A stretch of 64,000 nucleotides of DNA from Macrostomum lignano (taxonomy: Eukaryota), in the NCBI GenBank assembly GCA_002269645.1, contig NIVC01002213.1, forward strand, positions 50,105 through 114,104. The letters are read 5' to 3'. The position numbers and the translations under genes are program-made. The notes under the pieces are model-generated. The model was given only the letters and a program-made list of their open reading frames with translations. It searched no databases and was not told where the DNA came from. This document shows, in pieces, positions 1-12,085 of this stretch. Position 1 is the first letter of the stretch. Each line of letters starts with the position of its first letter.

Positions 1-492
1 GCGAATCTTTGTGTACAGATGTCGCATGGTTACTCAACTCTACCCGAGAGGGTTTGTTAATATTTTAACTTAGTTAATTAGTCGGGGTGCTTCAGTGTCC
101 CGCTGTCTCCTTGCGAATCCATCCGGCTGACCTTGTTTTATGCTTTAAAATTCCCTCTTTGTTTTTAGTTGAGGCGGCAGCTCAGTGGGAGTTGCTCAGC
201 TGCCTGCTTCTTCTCCCGTTGCGCAAGTGCGCTGAGTACGCCTTCCCCTGTTTACTGACATCCCGGGGCTTGCTTATCTTACTGATTATTTAAATACTCG
301 TAATAGCAATAAAGATAGTAATAGTTCGATGGTAATAATACCAATAACCGTTCCAATCAGTAATATTGAGCGTTCGAAAATTGAAATTTGCTTTTTGTTG
401 TCTTAATGGTTTTACAAAACTATCAGCTCGCTAAATTAGAATTTTGCTGTCTATATAAAAGGTTAATAGGGTGATAGACGAGACTCCGTGTG

Positions 493-800
493 TAACACTT
501 GACAGCCAATCTAACACTTGACAGCCAATCTAACACTTGACAGCCAATCTCACACTTGACAGCCAATCTCACACTTGACAGCCATTCTAACACTTGACAG
601 CCAATCTAACACTTGACAGCCATTCTAACACTTGACAGCCAATCTAACACTTGACAGCCAATCTAACACTTGACAGCCAATTTAACACTTGACAGCCAAT
701 TTAACACTTGACAGCCAATCTAACACTTGACAGCCAATCTCACATTTGACAGCCAATCTAACACTTGACAGCCAATCTAACACTTGACAGCCAATCTAAC
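493..800. repeat. 19-bp minisatellite (TAACACTTGACAGCCAATC)
   Basis: About 16 tandem copies read directly. Confidence 0.95.
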
Positions 801-854
801 AGAAGACAGTCCCAGTCTAACAGGTCTGCCCAGTCTAATAGAAGACAGTCTCAG

Positions 855-1160
855 TTTTGTAGACTTGTAGAAGTTTTGTTAGAAGATTTGTAGATTCGAG
901 GGAGCCGGCCCAGCACCGGCTGCAGCCGTGACAGCAGAACCCTGTTAAACAGCTTAGCCGTGCAGTACATTGGTGAACTGCCGCGATGCTCTTCGATCTT
1001 GACGGAGCCTGGTTTCTTTGGTATCCCGACGATATACGCAGTCCACCACTCACCAGGGGCGGGGCCCCCAGCTAGCACGCACTTCATCACTCGCGTGACT
1101 CCCAACGCGACCTGCGAGAAGTCGACGCGACAACAACTACTATACATAGTACATAATCAC
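855..1160 (-). mobile_element. Degenerate non-LTR retrotransposon (LINE) reverse transcriptase fragment inserted in a minisatellite
   Basis: Minus-strand translation PGEWWTAYIVGIPKKPGSVKIEEHRGSSPMYCTAKLFNRVLLSRLQPVL matches the LINE RT N-terminal pattern P.EW..A.IV.IPKK.G....YR.ISL....KLF.R.LL.RL. It is flanked on both sides by the 21-bp repeat. Confidence 0.8.
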
Positions 1161-1520
1161 ACCCAGTCTAACAGAAGACAGTCCCAGTCCAACAAAAGAC
1201 AGTCCCAGTCCAACAGAAGACAGTCCCGGTCTAACAGAAGACAGTCCCAGTCTAACAGAAGACAGTCCCAGTCTAACAGAAGACAGTCCCAGTCTAACAG
1301 AAGACAGTCCCAGTCTAACAGAAGACAGTCCCAGTCTACAGAAGACAGTCCCAGTCTAACAGAAGACAGTCCCGGTCTAACAGAAGACAGTCCCAGTCTT
1401 ACATAAGACAGTCCCAGTCTAACAGAAGACAGTCCCAGTCTTACAGAAGACAGTCCCAGCCTAACACAAGACAGTCCCAGTCTAACACAAGACAGTCCCA
1501 GTCTAACAGAAGACAGTCTA
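1160..1520. repeat. 21-bp minisatellite (AGAAGACAGTCCCAGTCTAAC), with further units at 799-855
   Basis: Tandem copies read directly. Explains the repetitive tail of ORF 960-1406. Confidence 0.95.
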
Positions 1521-2051
1521 ATTTGAGGACAGCCCAGCCCATTTGAATGCCGTCAAGGACTCAATGGACAATTAGATGCAGCTTGCGGAATTCCTTTAAC
1601 GGGGAAAATAGTTTATTCGATAAAAAAAGCTTTTTGTTGGGCATGGTAAATCGTAATTGGGTATTGTGACGAGACCGCAATGATTTTGTTATAGTTGATA
1701 AGCGTTTGGCGAGCCTTCACACGCTGGGATATCGAAAATTCGCCGAGTCTTGCCGCCTTTTATTATCGCTACTGCACGCGCTGCGCTGGGCGACAAAAAA
1801 ACGCACGAGAAGGGGGCGCGCATACAAATTTGCGGGGAGAAAGCAGCTTTAGTGTCTAATGTTCGCAATCACATTGAAAATAAATATTTAAATCACATTT
1901 TGCACTGACTAAAACAAAGCGGTGTACCTCCTATAATACAGGTAAGTTAGGCGAGCGGTTCTTGGAAAATAACATTTTCGTCACTGAGGACATCGGGTCG
2001 CCTGCAGACACAGCGCGTGGCCTTCATCAAACTAGGGATCCCCGGCTCGGA

Positions 2052-3068
2052 CTAGTCCTGACCGTGCATCTTGATGTAATCGGCCAGGTCGTCGTTCGAC
2101 TTCCACTCCGACGGTGAGGGGAAGTCTGGGCAGAGCGCGAACAGCAGCGACTCGCGGTCGCCCAGCGGGTTCACGACGTCTAGGAATTCGAATCCCTCCT
2201 GGGACTTCATCCAGTCGCGGTAGTACTGGAAGCTGCGGAACTGGATGAGGATGATGTACTCGGGAGCCGTGCTGTTGCCTTTGATGCGCAGGCCCAGATT
2301 GTTGTTAGCAACCACGCGGCCACTGTACTTCTGGATGCCCCGCTTGAGGCCGTTAAGCTTCTCGATGGCGGCCGGGACGTCCTCGCGCTTGCAGAACACG
2401 TTGTTGAGGAACCAAATGTTGTTGCCTAAAGCGGGTGCGCATGGTGCGGAGGTTTTTTTAGATTATGATGCCCAAAACACTCTACTGAGAGGCAGGATAA
2501 GTAGTAGCATTCTAAACATTTTATTCCCTTACCGTCTTTTGTTGCCTCGGCCTCGTCCAGCTTGATCAGCCAAGCCTCGTGTGTGTGGCTCAGCAGGTCG
2601 TTGCCCATGAAGTTGGGGTCGCTGTCCATCCATTCGTAACCCTTCTTGCCGTCGCGGAAACGGCAGGCGCCGACTGCGATCCATGACGGGGTGTTCTTCT
2701 CCTTCTCGATCGACATCTGGGGTTCAATGGGATAAAGGAGGTTCCGGGCTCGTAAATAATTCGTAAAACAACAAACTCCCTTGCTGATATCAAACAAGTC
2801 GAGCTCTTACATCGTGTGAAATGCCGAGGTACTCGCCCGTGAGAACTTCAACAACCCGCTTAGACTTCATGGCCAGGTTGCGGTACGTCCGGCGCTCCTT
2901 CTCGTGGAAGCGACTGAGCACGATGACCTGCTTGTTGCGGAATCGGGCCTCGATCTCGTCCATGGAGATGCTGTTGTCACCATCGTCGAGGCCGTTGCCC
3001 CAGACGGCGGGGCAGTTGTTGCGCACGGACTCTGCCGGCGGCTCCTTCGGTGCAGCCCAGGGAAACAT
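2052..3068 (-). CDS. 3-exon gene, 271 aa, two tandem DUF1330-like (dimeric alpha-beta barrel) domains; exons 3068-2811, 2716-2533, 2425-2052
   Basis: Three track ORFs join through GTAAG donors (2810, 2532) and AG acceptors (2717, 2426) into 816 nt in frame. IQKYSGRVV...YIILIQFRSFQYYRDWMKSQE and VEVLTGEYLG...VGACRFRDGKKGYEWMDS resemble the DUF1330 pattern (YGGR.L...VIEFPS.E.A..WY.S). The family call is from motif recall. Confidence 0.75.
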
Positions 3069-3794
3069 GCCGGACTTTGCGGTGTTGACGGGTTGAGCTT
3101 AGCTCTAAAAGCAAAGTTCAATTGCGAGGGCTGTTGGGTGTGGGCTGGATTGAGTGCTTGTTAGCTCTCTTAGCTCACTAGTTGGGTTTAGCAGAGCCGT
3201 GGGGAGACTGTACCGCTGGGCCTAGCTGTCTATGAGTCCGAGGGAAAGCCACTGTCTGTGGGCGAAACTAAAGCTAAGGCTTGAATTAAGAGCCGGAATG
3301 GAGGAACTATTAGCAGCCAAGAAGCAGGCGAGGGTAAGCAAAGTTCATATCGAAAAAGTACAAATTGTTTATACACTTCTGACTTCTTACGAATTGATAC
3401 GAAAAATTTTCAATTTAATAACATTTATATTTCAAGTGCAGCATGCTCTGCTTTGCCCTTCCATGTAAAAATGCCATATACTTCGAAGAATGGCTTTAAT
3501 TTAGTGTTGAGTAGATAAAATTTTTGCCAGTTAGACAGTTCACAAGTGCGACAAGCTCAGAACTCAACTAGCTGCTCTGGTTGTTATTTAATTTAGTTCT
3601 TATCTGCACGCGCTGCTGCCAGACTCATTTTTTACGAACAGTTATGTTTTCGGTGCACTGCAGCGCACTACTTGCCCGCAACAAACCAAAATCTCTGTAG
3701 TGGTCGCGATTCATTCCAATTTTACGAGTTAACAAACAGCCCCCGGGCCTCACCTCACCTCACTCTATTACTCAGCTGGGGTCTCCGCAATAAA

Positions 3795-4000
3795 AAATAT
3801 ATGCGTACATTCTGCGGAGGAAACGACCGACAATGTACACTTGTGGCGGGCTGGCTCCCCTTTGCCCCGCGACCCCTCCCCTAAACAGAAAGGGGGGCAA
3901 TAAGATATTTGCGCACATTCTGCGGGGAAACGACGACAATGTACACTTGTATGGGCTGGGCTTCCCCTCTGCCCCGCGACCCCGCCCCCTAGCAGAATGG
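3795..4000. repeat. Degenerate tandem duplication of about 105 bp between divergent genes
   Basis: Two copies of TGCG.ACATTCTGCGG.GGAAACGAC..ACAATGTACACTTGT...CCCCGCGACCCC.CCCCTA..AGAA at about 3795 and 3902. Confidence 0.8.
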
Positions 4001-4187
4001 GTTGTCAGAATGGGCAGACTGTACATTTAATCGCTAAGTTTTCTTACCCCCATTAGCTGTGCGTTGGTGAACTTGGAATTAAAAGCAAGGCCTTGCTGAA
4101 TTCGCTCAGATATCTGCCCAGCACTCCCAACCCTAGAGAATTATATACTCGTAAGGACAAGCAAAGGTTAAACTCTGACTAGACAAG

Positions 4188-7100
4188 ATGTCTGGGATTT
4201 TTCGACCTGGAATCTACCGGCTCCTCAGTTCCAGCCTGCAAGTTAAACTAACGCCATGTCGCGGCTTAGCTGACATACCAACAACTCTGAGCAGCCTCCC
4301 CACCATTGCTCGCAATTACGTTAAAGAGAAGGCCAACATCTGCCAGCCGGACGATGTGTACTTGTGCGACGGCTCCGAGGAAGAGAACAAACGCTTTCTG
4401 GAAATCATGCGACGCGCTGGCATTGCCAAACCGCTGCGCAAGATGGACAACTGCTGGCTGGTGCGCACGGACCCTGCCGATGTTGCCCGCGTCGAGAGTA
4501 AGACTGTCATCAGCACCTCTGACAAGCGCGAAACTGTCCCGGTGCCCAAGGAGGGCGTCAAAGGCCAGCTGGGCAACTGGCTGTCTCCAGCCGAGCTGGA
4601 GAATGCACTGCGGGATCGATTCCCCGGCTGCATGGAGGGCCGGACAATGTACATCATCCCATTCTCCATGGGTCCAGTGGGCGGACCGATCAGCAAGGTG
4701 GGCATCCAGGTCACTGATTCGCCCTATGTGGTGGCCTCCATGCGCATCATGACCCGAATGGGCAAGGACGCTCTTGAGGCTATTCAGGGCGACAATTTCG
4801 TCAAGTGCTTGCACTCGGTCGGCCTGCCATTCTCAGGTGTCAACAAGCCGCTGGTGCAGAACTGGCCCTGCAACCCGTCCAAAATCCTCATCTCCCACAT
4901 TCCCGATCGCAACGAGATCGCCAGCTTCGGGTCTGGCTATGGTGGCAACTCGCTGCTGGGCAAGAAGTGCTTTGCCCTACGCCTGGGCTCCATCTTGGCC
5001 AAGCGGGAAGGCTGGCTGGCTGAGCACATGCTCATCCTTGGCATAACCAATCCACAGGGCAAGAAGAAGTATGTTGCTGCTGCATTCCCATCTGCCTGTG
5101 GAAAGACCAACTTGGCCATGATGCAGCCTACACTGCCAGGATACAAGGTATGATTTTAAATTCAAATTTATAGATGCAATAATTTAGAAAGTCTGCTTGG
5201 CTTGGCTTTGTTTATTTCTGTATAAATTAAGTTTTTTTGGGTTTTGGTAAATTTTATATTGTTTAAATACTGTTTAATTTTTGGTATACTATATATATAT
5301 ATACTATTCTATTGCTAGAAATGCCCAAACAGTTGTTGCCACCCACACCCATGACCATATGCAGGCCATCTATGGGAGACCCACTGATTTTTTATTTCTA
5401 CTTTTTACATCCCATCCTTAGTGTAATAATTTGACATAATGTTTTTCTATATTAAATTTATATTATGTATAAGTTATTTATTTTTGTTTATTTATTTTTG
5501 ATAGATCTATAAAAAGTTTATAAAGTTTAATAAAACTGTATAAATATTAATTAATAATAAAATCAAATCCTTGGTTTTTGAGCATTAGCATCATGGTGCC
5601 ATTAGGTATCTCTGGATCCAAATTTATGAAGCTAAATTGAAATCCAGAATGCCATGTTAAAAAAGCTAATAATCAAATATAATCTAGCATCTCTACTACC
5701 CTACCCTTTATACTGCTGAGCATCTCTGCTGACCCACCAAAGTTGCATTGTGTCTCCAGACTCCATGTTTACAGATTGCCTAATATTGACAATTGATCAA
5801 GAAGTCTTGAAGTCTTAAGAATCCTAACAATAATAAAAATACTGTCTAATATATCTTAATTTATGCATTTATAAACATTTATAGCTCACTTTGCTCATCT
5901 TGAAGTATAAATGATTATGAAATATTAATGTTATAAATTGTTTGCTATAATTGTTTGTTCCCGGCTCCCCGCGCCCTTCAGGTCGAGTGCGTTGGCGACG
6001 ACATCGCCTGGATGAAATTCGACTCCGAGGGCGTCCTGCGGGCCATCAACCCGGAGGCCGGGTTCTTCGGCGTGGCGCCCGGCACCTGCAGCCACACGAA
6101 TCCCAACGCCATGAAGACGATTCAGCGAAACACCATCTTCACCAATGTGGCCGAGACTGACGATGGCGGCGTCTTCTGGGAGGGCCTCGAGAAGGAGGTG
6201 AGCGGGCGGGTGGCTGCCTGCTGGTCCTGGAAATCGATTGGCGTACCTTGGAGAGCAGTGCGCCAAAGGCTCCCTTTAAACAGCACCTGCCCGAATCTTC
6301 CTCAAAAAGCAACAAAGACCTACCCGAATCTCCCTCAGAAACTAGCAAAGACCTGCCCGAACCTCCCTCAAAAAGCAACAAAGACCTACCCGAATCTCCC
6401 TCAGAAACTAGCAAAGACCTGCCCGAACCTCCCTCAAAAAGCAACAAAGACCTACCCGAATCTCCCTCAGAAACCAGCAAAGACCTGCCCGAAACTCCCT
6501 GAGAAACCAGCAAAGACCTGCCCGAAACTCCCTGAGAAACCAGCAAAGACCTGCCCGAAACTCCCTGAGAAACCAGCAAAGACCTGCCCGAAACTCCCTC
6601 AGAAACCAGCAAAGACCTGCCCGAACCTCCCTCAAGAACCAGCAAAGACTTGCCCGAACCTCCCTCAAGAACCAGCAAAGATCTGCCCGACTCTCCCTCA
6701 GAAACCAGCAAAAATCTGCCAAAAACCTTGAGTTAAGAACATCGATAAGAGTTGAGTCGCAGGCCCGATGCTCTATTAACTGTCAGTAGGCAATCTGGCA
6801 TCAACTCTAGAATCTCCATTTTCACGCCCCACCCCGCCGCTGTCCCGCTACCCAGGTGGACACCTCGGTCGGCGTCACCAGCTGGAAGGGCGAGATGTGG
6901 ACGCCGTACAACCGCATCCTGGCCGCGCACCCCAACTCCCGCTTCTGCGCCCCGGCCTCGCAGTGCCCCTCCATGGACCCCGACTGGGAGAGCCCGGCCG
7001 GCGTTCCCATCAGCGCCATCATCTTCGGCGGCCGCCGGCCAGCCGGGGTGCCGCTGGTGTTTGAGGCCAACAACTGGCGCCACGGCGTCTTCCTTGGCGC

Positions 7101-7602
7101 TGCGATGCGCTCGGAGGCCACCGCGGCAGCTGAGCACAACACCAAGGTGATCATGCACGACCCCTTCGCCATGCGCCCGTTCTTCGGCTACAACTTTGCC
7201 GACTACATCGACCACTGGCTGAGCTTCGACGAGAAGCCCGGCCTCCAGTTGCCGAAGATCTTCCACGTGAACTGGTTCCGCAAAGGCGAGGACGGCAAGT
7301 TCATGTGGCCCGGCTTTGGCGAGAACTGCCGCGTGCTGGACTGGATCTGCCGCCGGGTGGACAACGAGGACTGCGCTGTGGACTCGCCCATCGGCCGCCT
7401 GCCCAAGCCGAACGCGCTGAACCTGGAAGGCCTTGACAGCCCCGTCAACGTCGACGCGCTGTTCTCCGTGCCCGTGGACTTCTGGCTGAACGAGTGCAAG
7501 GAGCTGGAGACCTACTTCAGCAGCCAGCTCAACCGCGACCTGCCGCCGCCGGTGGCCGAGGAGCTTCGCCAGCTGGGCGAGCGGCTGCAGCAGAACGCCT
7601 GA
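4188..7602 (+). CDS. PEPCK: Phosphoenolpyruvate carboxykinase (GTP), probable mitochondrial form, 640 aa; exons 4188-5147, 5982-6197, 6856-7602
   Basis: Hallmark motifs [59 protein letters not shown] and [14 protein letters not shown]. Both introns are phase-0 GT-AG. The Arg/Ser/Leu-rich N-terminus resembles a presequence. Confidence 0.97.
6285..6725. repeat. 33-bp minisatellite in PEPCK intron 2
   Basis: About 13 copies of CCTCAGAAACCAGCAAAGACCTGCCCGAA(A/C/T)CTC with many non-synonymous variants. Confidence 0.95.
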
Positions 7603-8119
7603 GACCAGCTGGTGTGGATCGCATTCATAATTATATTTAACTTGCGGCAATGTCTTTTTTTGAGTAGAAAAGACTGATTGTGAGGCTTCTAAACTTTTCC
7701 TCAAGCGTAAGAGGTGCCGCAGCCGTCTACTGTGAGAAAGACTTCAGATTACCTGTGTTAGAGTAGCGTCTCGCATCCCTGCAGTCTGTTCAGGCTTCAC
7801 GGCCATCCGAGTTGTCATCTGGGTCTTGCGGCTGCAATGCTCACAAATCTGCAGACACAAGCGTAACTGTTTATTACATAGCATTATTCTGTTCTGCTTC
7901 TCATTGACACTTCTCTGCTTTTTCTTCTTTACCTGCGCCTCCAGTTTTCTCCTCCGCAGCTCTGCCGCTCCCACCCTGTGACATTAACTAGCGATATTCC
8001 TTTGGCAAATAGACCGCATTGTGCCAGCAGGAAAAGCTGATTTATTGTTCAAGACGTTGCGAACCGAAGCTTCTGTCTTTTGATCTTTTTCCTGTTGGTT
8101 TTGGCTGCTTCTTGTGATA

Positions 8120-8121
8120 CG

Positions 8122-8157
<36 letters not shown>

Positions 8158-8195
8158 ATTCTGTCTGTCTGTCTGTCTGTCTGCCTGTCTGTCAT

Positions 8196-8254
<59 letters not shown>

Positions 8255-8280
8255 TAGTGTCTGTCTGTCCGTCTGACTGT
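8120..8280. repeat. (TGTC)n microsatellite
   Basis: Read directly. Confidence 0.95.
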
Positions 8281-8920
8281 CCTGTAATTCGGTCTATCGT
8301 TAATGCCAGACACACTAATTCACAATGAGGCTATTTAATGAATCTACTTTTACATTTCTCTCGGCCGCAGCCAGCTGAAAATAAGGTAACAACAAAAACA
8401 ACACACGGAGAGAAACGCTGTGAAATGCGTTGCCCAGTTTCGCTGTGTTGCAGCCGGTTTTGAACTTAATTTGGCATTAGATGATGGCCCACTGAAAGGT
8501 TGCAACGGAGAGGTGGCAGGAATTCGCAGTCTTGTAAACAATGAGAGAAATGGCGGCTGGCCCGGCCGGACCCACCCAGGCGGGCAGGGCGAGCTCAGGG
8601 GGCCCGAGGTTGCCGCTCGTCCAAATCTCACTGCATGCTTTCTTGCTCACTTTGAGCCCGAAAATTGTAGGCGGGAGGAGCAGAAAGAAAAACTTGCGTG
8701 GCCACTCCTGTTTGCCTTTCCTGCATTCGCATCGAGGTTAAAATGGCTCGGCGGGTTGATGGAAGAAACAGAAAGAAAACTGCAGAAAAGGAGTCAGCCT
8801 GCAAGATTTCCGAAAAAAGAAAAGCGACTAGAACCGATTATTAAAAAGTAAGTTTTTTTATTGCTAAAGCTTCTTATCTTCTTTTTCTTTCTTTTTCTTG
8901 ATTTTTTCCTGTTCAAGTAG

Positions 8921-9812
8921 CACTGATCTGCACTCACTGATCTGCAGTCACTGATCTGCACTCACTGATCTGCACTCACTGATCTGCACTCACTGATCTG
9001 CACTCACTGATCTGCACTCACTGATCTGCACTCACTGATCTGCACTCACTGATCTGCACTCACTGATCTGCAGTCACTGATCTGCACTCACTGATCTGCA
9101 CTCACTGATCTGCACTCACTGATCTGCACTCACTGATCTGCACTCACTGATCTTCACTCACTGATCTGCACTCACTAATCTGCACTCACTGATCTGCACT
9201 CACTGATCTGCACTCACTGATCTGCACTCACTGATCTGCACTCACTGATCTGCACTCACTGATCTGCACTCACTGATCTGCACTCACTGATCTGCAGTCA
9301 CTGATCTGCACTCACTGGTCTGCAGTCCCTGATCTGCACTCACTGATCTGCACTCACTGATCTGCACTCACTGATCTGCACTCACTGATCTGCACTCACT
9401 GATCTGCACTCACTGATCTGCACTCACTGATCTGCAGTCACTGATCTGCACTCACTGATCTGCACTCACTGATCTGCACTCACTGGTCTGCACTCACTGG
9501 TCTGCAGTCCCTGATCTGCACTCACTGATCTGCACTCACTGATCTGCACTCACTGATCTGCACTCACTGATCTGCACTCACTGATCTGCACTCACTGATC
9601 TGCACTCACTGATCTGCACTCACTGATCTGCACTCACTGATCTGCACTCACTGATCTGCACTCACTGATCTGCACTCACTGATCTGCACTCACTGATCTG
9701 CACTCACTGATCTGCACTCACTGATCTGCAATCACTGATCTGCACTCACTGATCTGCACTCACTGATCTGCAGTCACTGATCTGCACTCACTGATCTGCA
9801 CTCACTGATCTG
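8921..9812. repeat. 14-bp minisatellite (CACTGATCTGCACT)
   Basis: About 63 nearly identical copies. Confidence 0.97.
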
Positions 9813-9964
9813 CCAGTCATAGAAGAAATCTGTGCAGCGCGGGAAAATCACAGAGCATCAGCTTTCATGTAAATCTTGCATGCAATTTGGGTTCGATGGA
9901 AGTGCTTGCGAAGCTACCGTGCCGTCCCCTTCTCTTCCCACCGGTGCTTCAGGCTCGCAGCGCG

Positions 9965-10363
9965 ATGTCTGGCGGAACCTTCCAGAGCGGCTCCGTGTGG
10001 ATGAAGGCGGGCTTCGTGCTCATCACAGTCGGCCTCGTGGTGTGGCTGGACGCCGGCAGCGTCGGCCTGGTGACCACCAACTCCAGCCTGGCAACCGCCT
10101 ACGAGGCCTTCCTCATCATCGGGGTCTGCTCCTACTTCCTGGCCGTGATGCTCAACTTCCTCTACCTGTTCGTGGAGGGCACTGGCAGCTCGGTGGTGCT
10201 CATCGTGGGCCTGGTGTTCGCCTTCATCGCCGGGTTCAGCGCCATCATCGTGCTGGGCATCGGGCGGACCATTCAGCACTCGGACCGCATGGCCTACTCG
10301 GCGGTCTGTGCCATCGTCAGCGCCATCTTCAGCATCCTGCAGCTGCGCAGCTCGCCGTCCTAA
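9965..10363 (+). CDS. Small intronless four-transmembrane protein, 132 aa, family not identified
   Basis: High GC3 codon usage and four hydrophobic segments. ATG at 9965 follows a strong polypyrimidine tract and AG (9951-9952). Confidence 0.75.
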   Translation: MSGGTFQSGSVWMKAGFVLITVGLVVWLDAGSVGLVTTNSSLATAYEAFLIIGVCSYFLAVMLNFLYLFVEGTGSSVVLIVGLVFAFIAGFSAIIVLGIGRTIQHSDRMAYSAVCAIVSAIFSILQLRSSPS

Positions 10364-10679
10364 ATACTTAATACTTTTATAATGTCCCTAGCTTGTCTAC
10401 TGACCAAACGGTTGGCAGTAAATTGGAAATTGGAACGGTTGGAAACAAAGTTGGCGGTATCAAAAAAATTTCAACCCACTTTATTGCCTACTTGCTGGAC
10501 AGTGTGGCAGTAGTATGCTTGTAGAACCGAAGCTTTGTTATCATCATTCGTGTGAGTTTTTAATAATCGAAATAAATTAAATATTTAATTTTATTTTTTT
10601 TCTTGAAATTCTGCAATGCTGCATCCAATTGATTACTCTAGAATGAGTTAGGAACAGTTGCTGGTATGCAACGAAAGAG

Positions 10680-11110
10680 GGTACGGGCGGCTGGTTGAAG
10701 GATTAAGGAGTAGCGGGCGGCTGGTTGAAGGACTAGGGGGTAGCGGGCGGCTGGTTGAAGGACTAGGGGGTAGCGGGCGGCCGGTTGAAGGACTAGGGGG
10801 TAGCGGGCGGCCCGCTGAAGGACTAGGGGGTAGCGGGCGGCCCGCTGAAGGACTAGGGGGTAGCGGGCGGCCGGCTGAAGGACTAGGGGGTAGCGGGCGG
10901 CCCGCTGAAGGACTAGGGGGTAGCCGGTGGCCGCTTGAAGGACTAGGGGGTCGCGGGCGGCCGCTTGAAGGACTAGGGGGTCGGGGGCGGCCGCTTGAAG
11001 GACTAGGGGGTCGGGGGCGGCCGCTTGAAGGACTAGGGGGTCGGGGGCGGCCGCTTGAAGGACTAGGGGGTCGGGGGCGGCCGCTTAAAGGACTAGGGGG
11101 TCGGGGGCGG
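10680..11110. repeat. 30-bp G-rich minisatellite (GAAGGACTAGGGGGT(A/C)GCGGGCGGCCG(C/G)(C/T)T)
   Basis: About 14 copies with a polar gradient of variants. Explains ORF 10658-11128. Confidence 0.95.
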
Positions 11111-11661
11111 CATGCGTCAGTGAGTTGAGCTAAGCATTCTATTAGATAACGAACGAGTGAGTGTACGCATTGGGTTATAAGGTTGTGTTTCCGTAAATGT
11201 ACCCAGAAATACCAAAGGCAGAGCAGAGTTGCACAGCTGTACTGTGAATTCGTCAGTTTCTGAATATTTTTTAGGTAGGGGGGGGGCTTATGTCCGGACG
11301 TATTTTCTTAAACCATTTCGTAATATGCGCACATTCCATTTCATTTTTTCAGCATCCCGGTAACTTATACAAACGTTTTTTCTGATCTTACTCCTAAAAT
11401 TAGTTCATTGTTTAAAAATAGCCCAGGCGATTATCAATGCCCAGCAACTCCCTAAATCTGCCAAACTCACGAGGTCACGCAATGTCATTGGTGACTCACT
11501 CAGTTACATGTGAAGGAACCCCGGGCAAACATGAACAGCGCCGTCACTGCTTGTGAGTTGTGGCATCAGGGGCGTAGCCAGGAGCGTTTGATGCGGCCCA
11601 CGTCTTTTGAGAGCACCATTTCAGAAGCACCCATGACCTTAATGCCAGCCTAGCCCTATAT

Positions 11662-12085
11662 CATGGGCACCAACACCATGGGCACCGACACCATGAGCAC
11701 CAGCACCATGAGCACCAGCACCATGAGTACCATGAGCACCAGCACCATGAGCACCATGAGCACAAGCACCATGAGCACAAGCAACATGAGCACAAGCACC
11801 ATGAGCACAAGCACCATGAGCACCATGAGCACCAGCACCATGAGCACCAGCACCATGAGCACCAGCACCATGAGCACCAGCACCATGAGCACCAGCACCA
11901 TGAGCACCAGCACCATGAGCACCATGAGCACAAGCACCATGAGCACCATGAGCACCATGAGCACCAGCACCATGAGCACTATGAGTACCATGAGCACCAG
12001 CACCATGAGCACTATGAGTACCATGAGCACCAGCACCATGAGCACCAGCACCATGAGCACCAGCACCATGTGCGCACCAGCACCA
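11662..12085. repeat. Mixed 9/15-bp repeat (AGCACCATG / AGCACCAGCACCATG)
   Basis: Read directly. Open on both strands (MSTST and MVLVL frames). Confidence 0.93.

Noticed and set aside
5955-6731. 258-aa ORF with [11 protein letters not shown] repeats
   Set aside because: It is PEPCK exon 2 read through into the intron array, and the repeat variants are freely non-synonymous.
7744-7974. Minus-strand Lys-rich ORF with splice-like sites downstream of PEPCK
   Set aside because: I could not join it to a coherent gene and recognised no motif.
11567-11600. CAGGGGCGTAGCCAGG, resembling a MITE terminal repeat
   Set aside because: No matching inverted end was found in the window.
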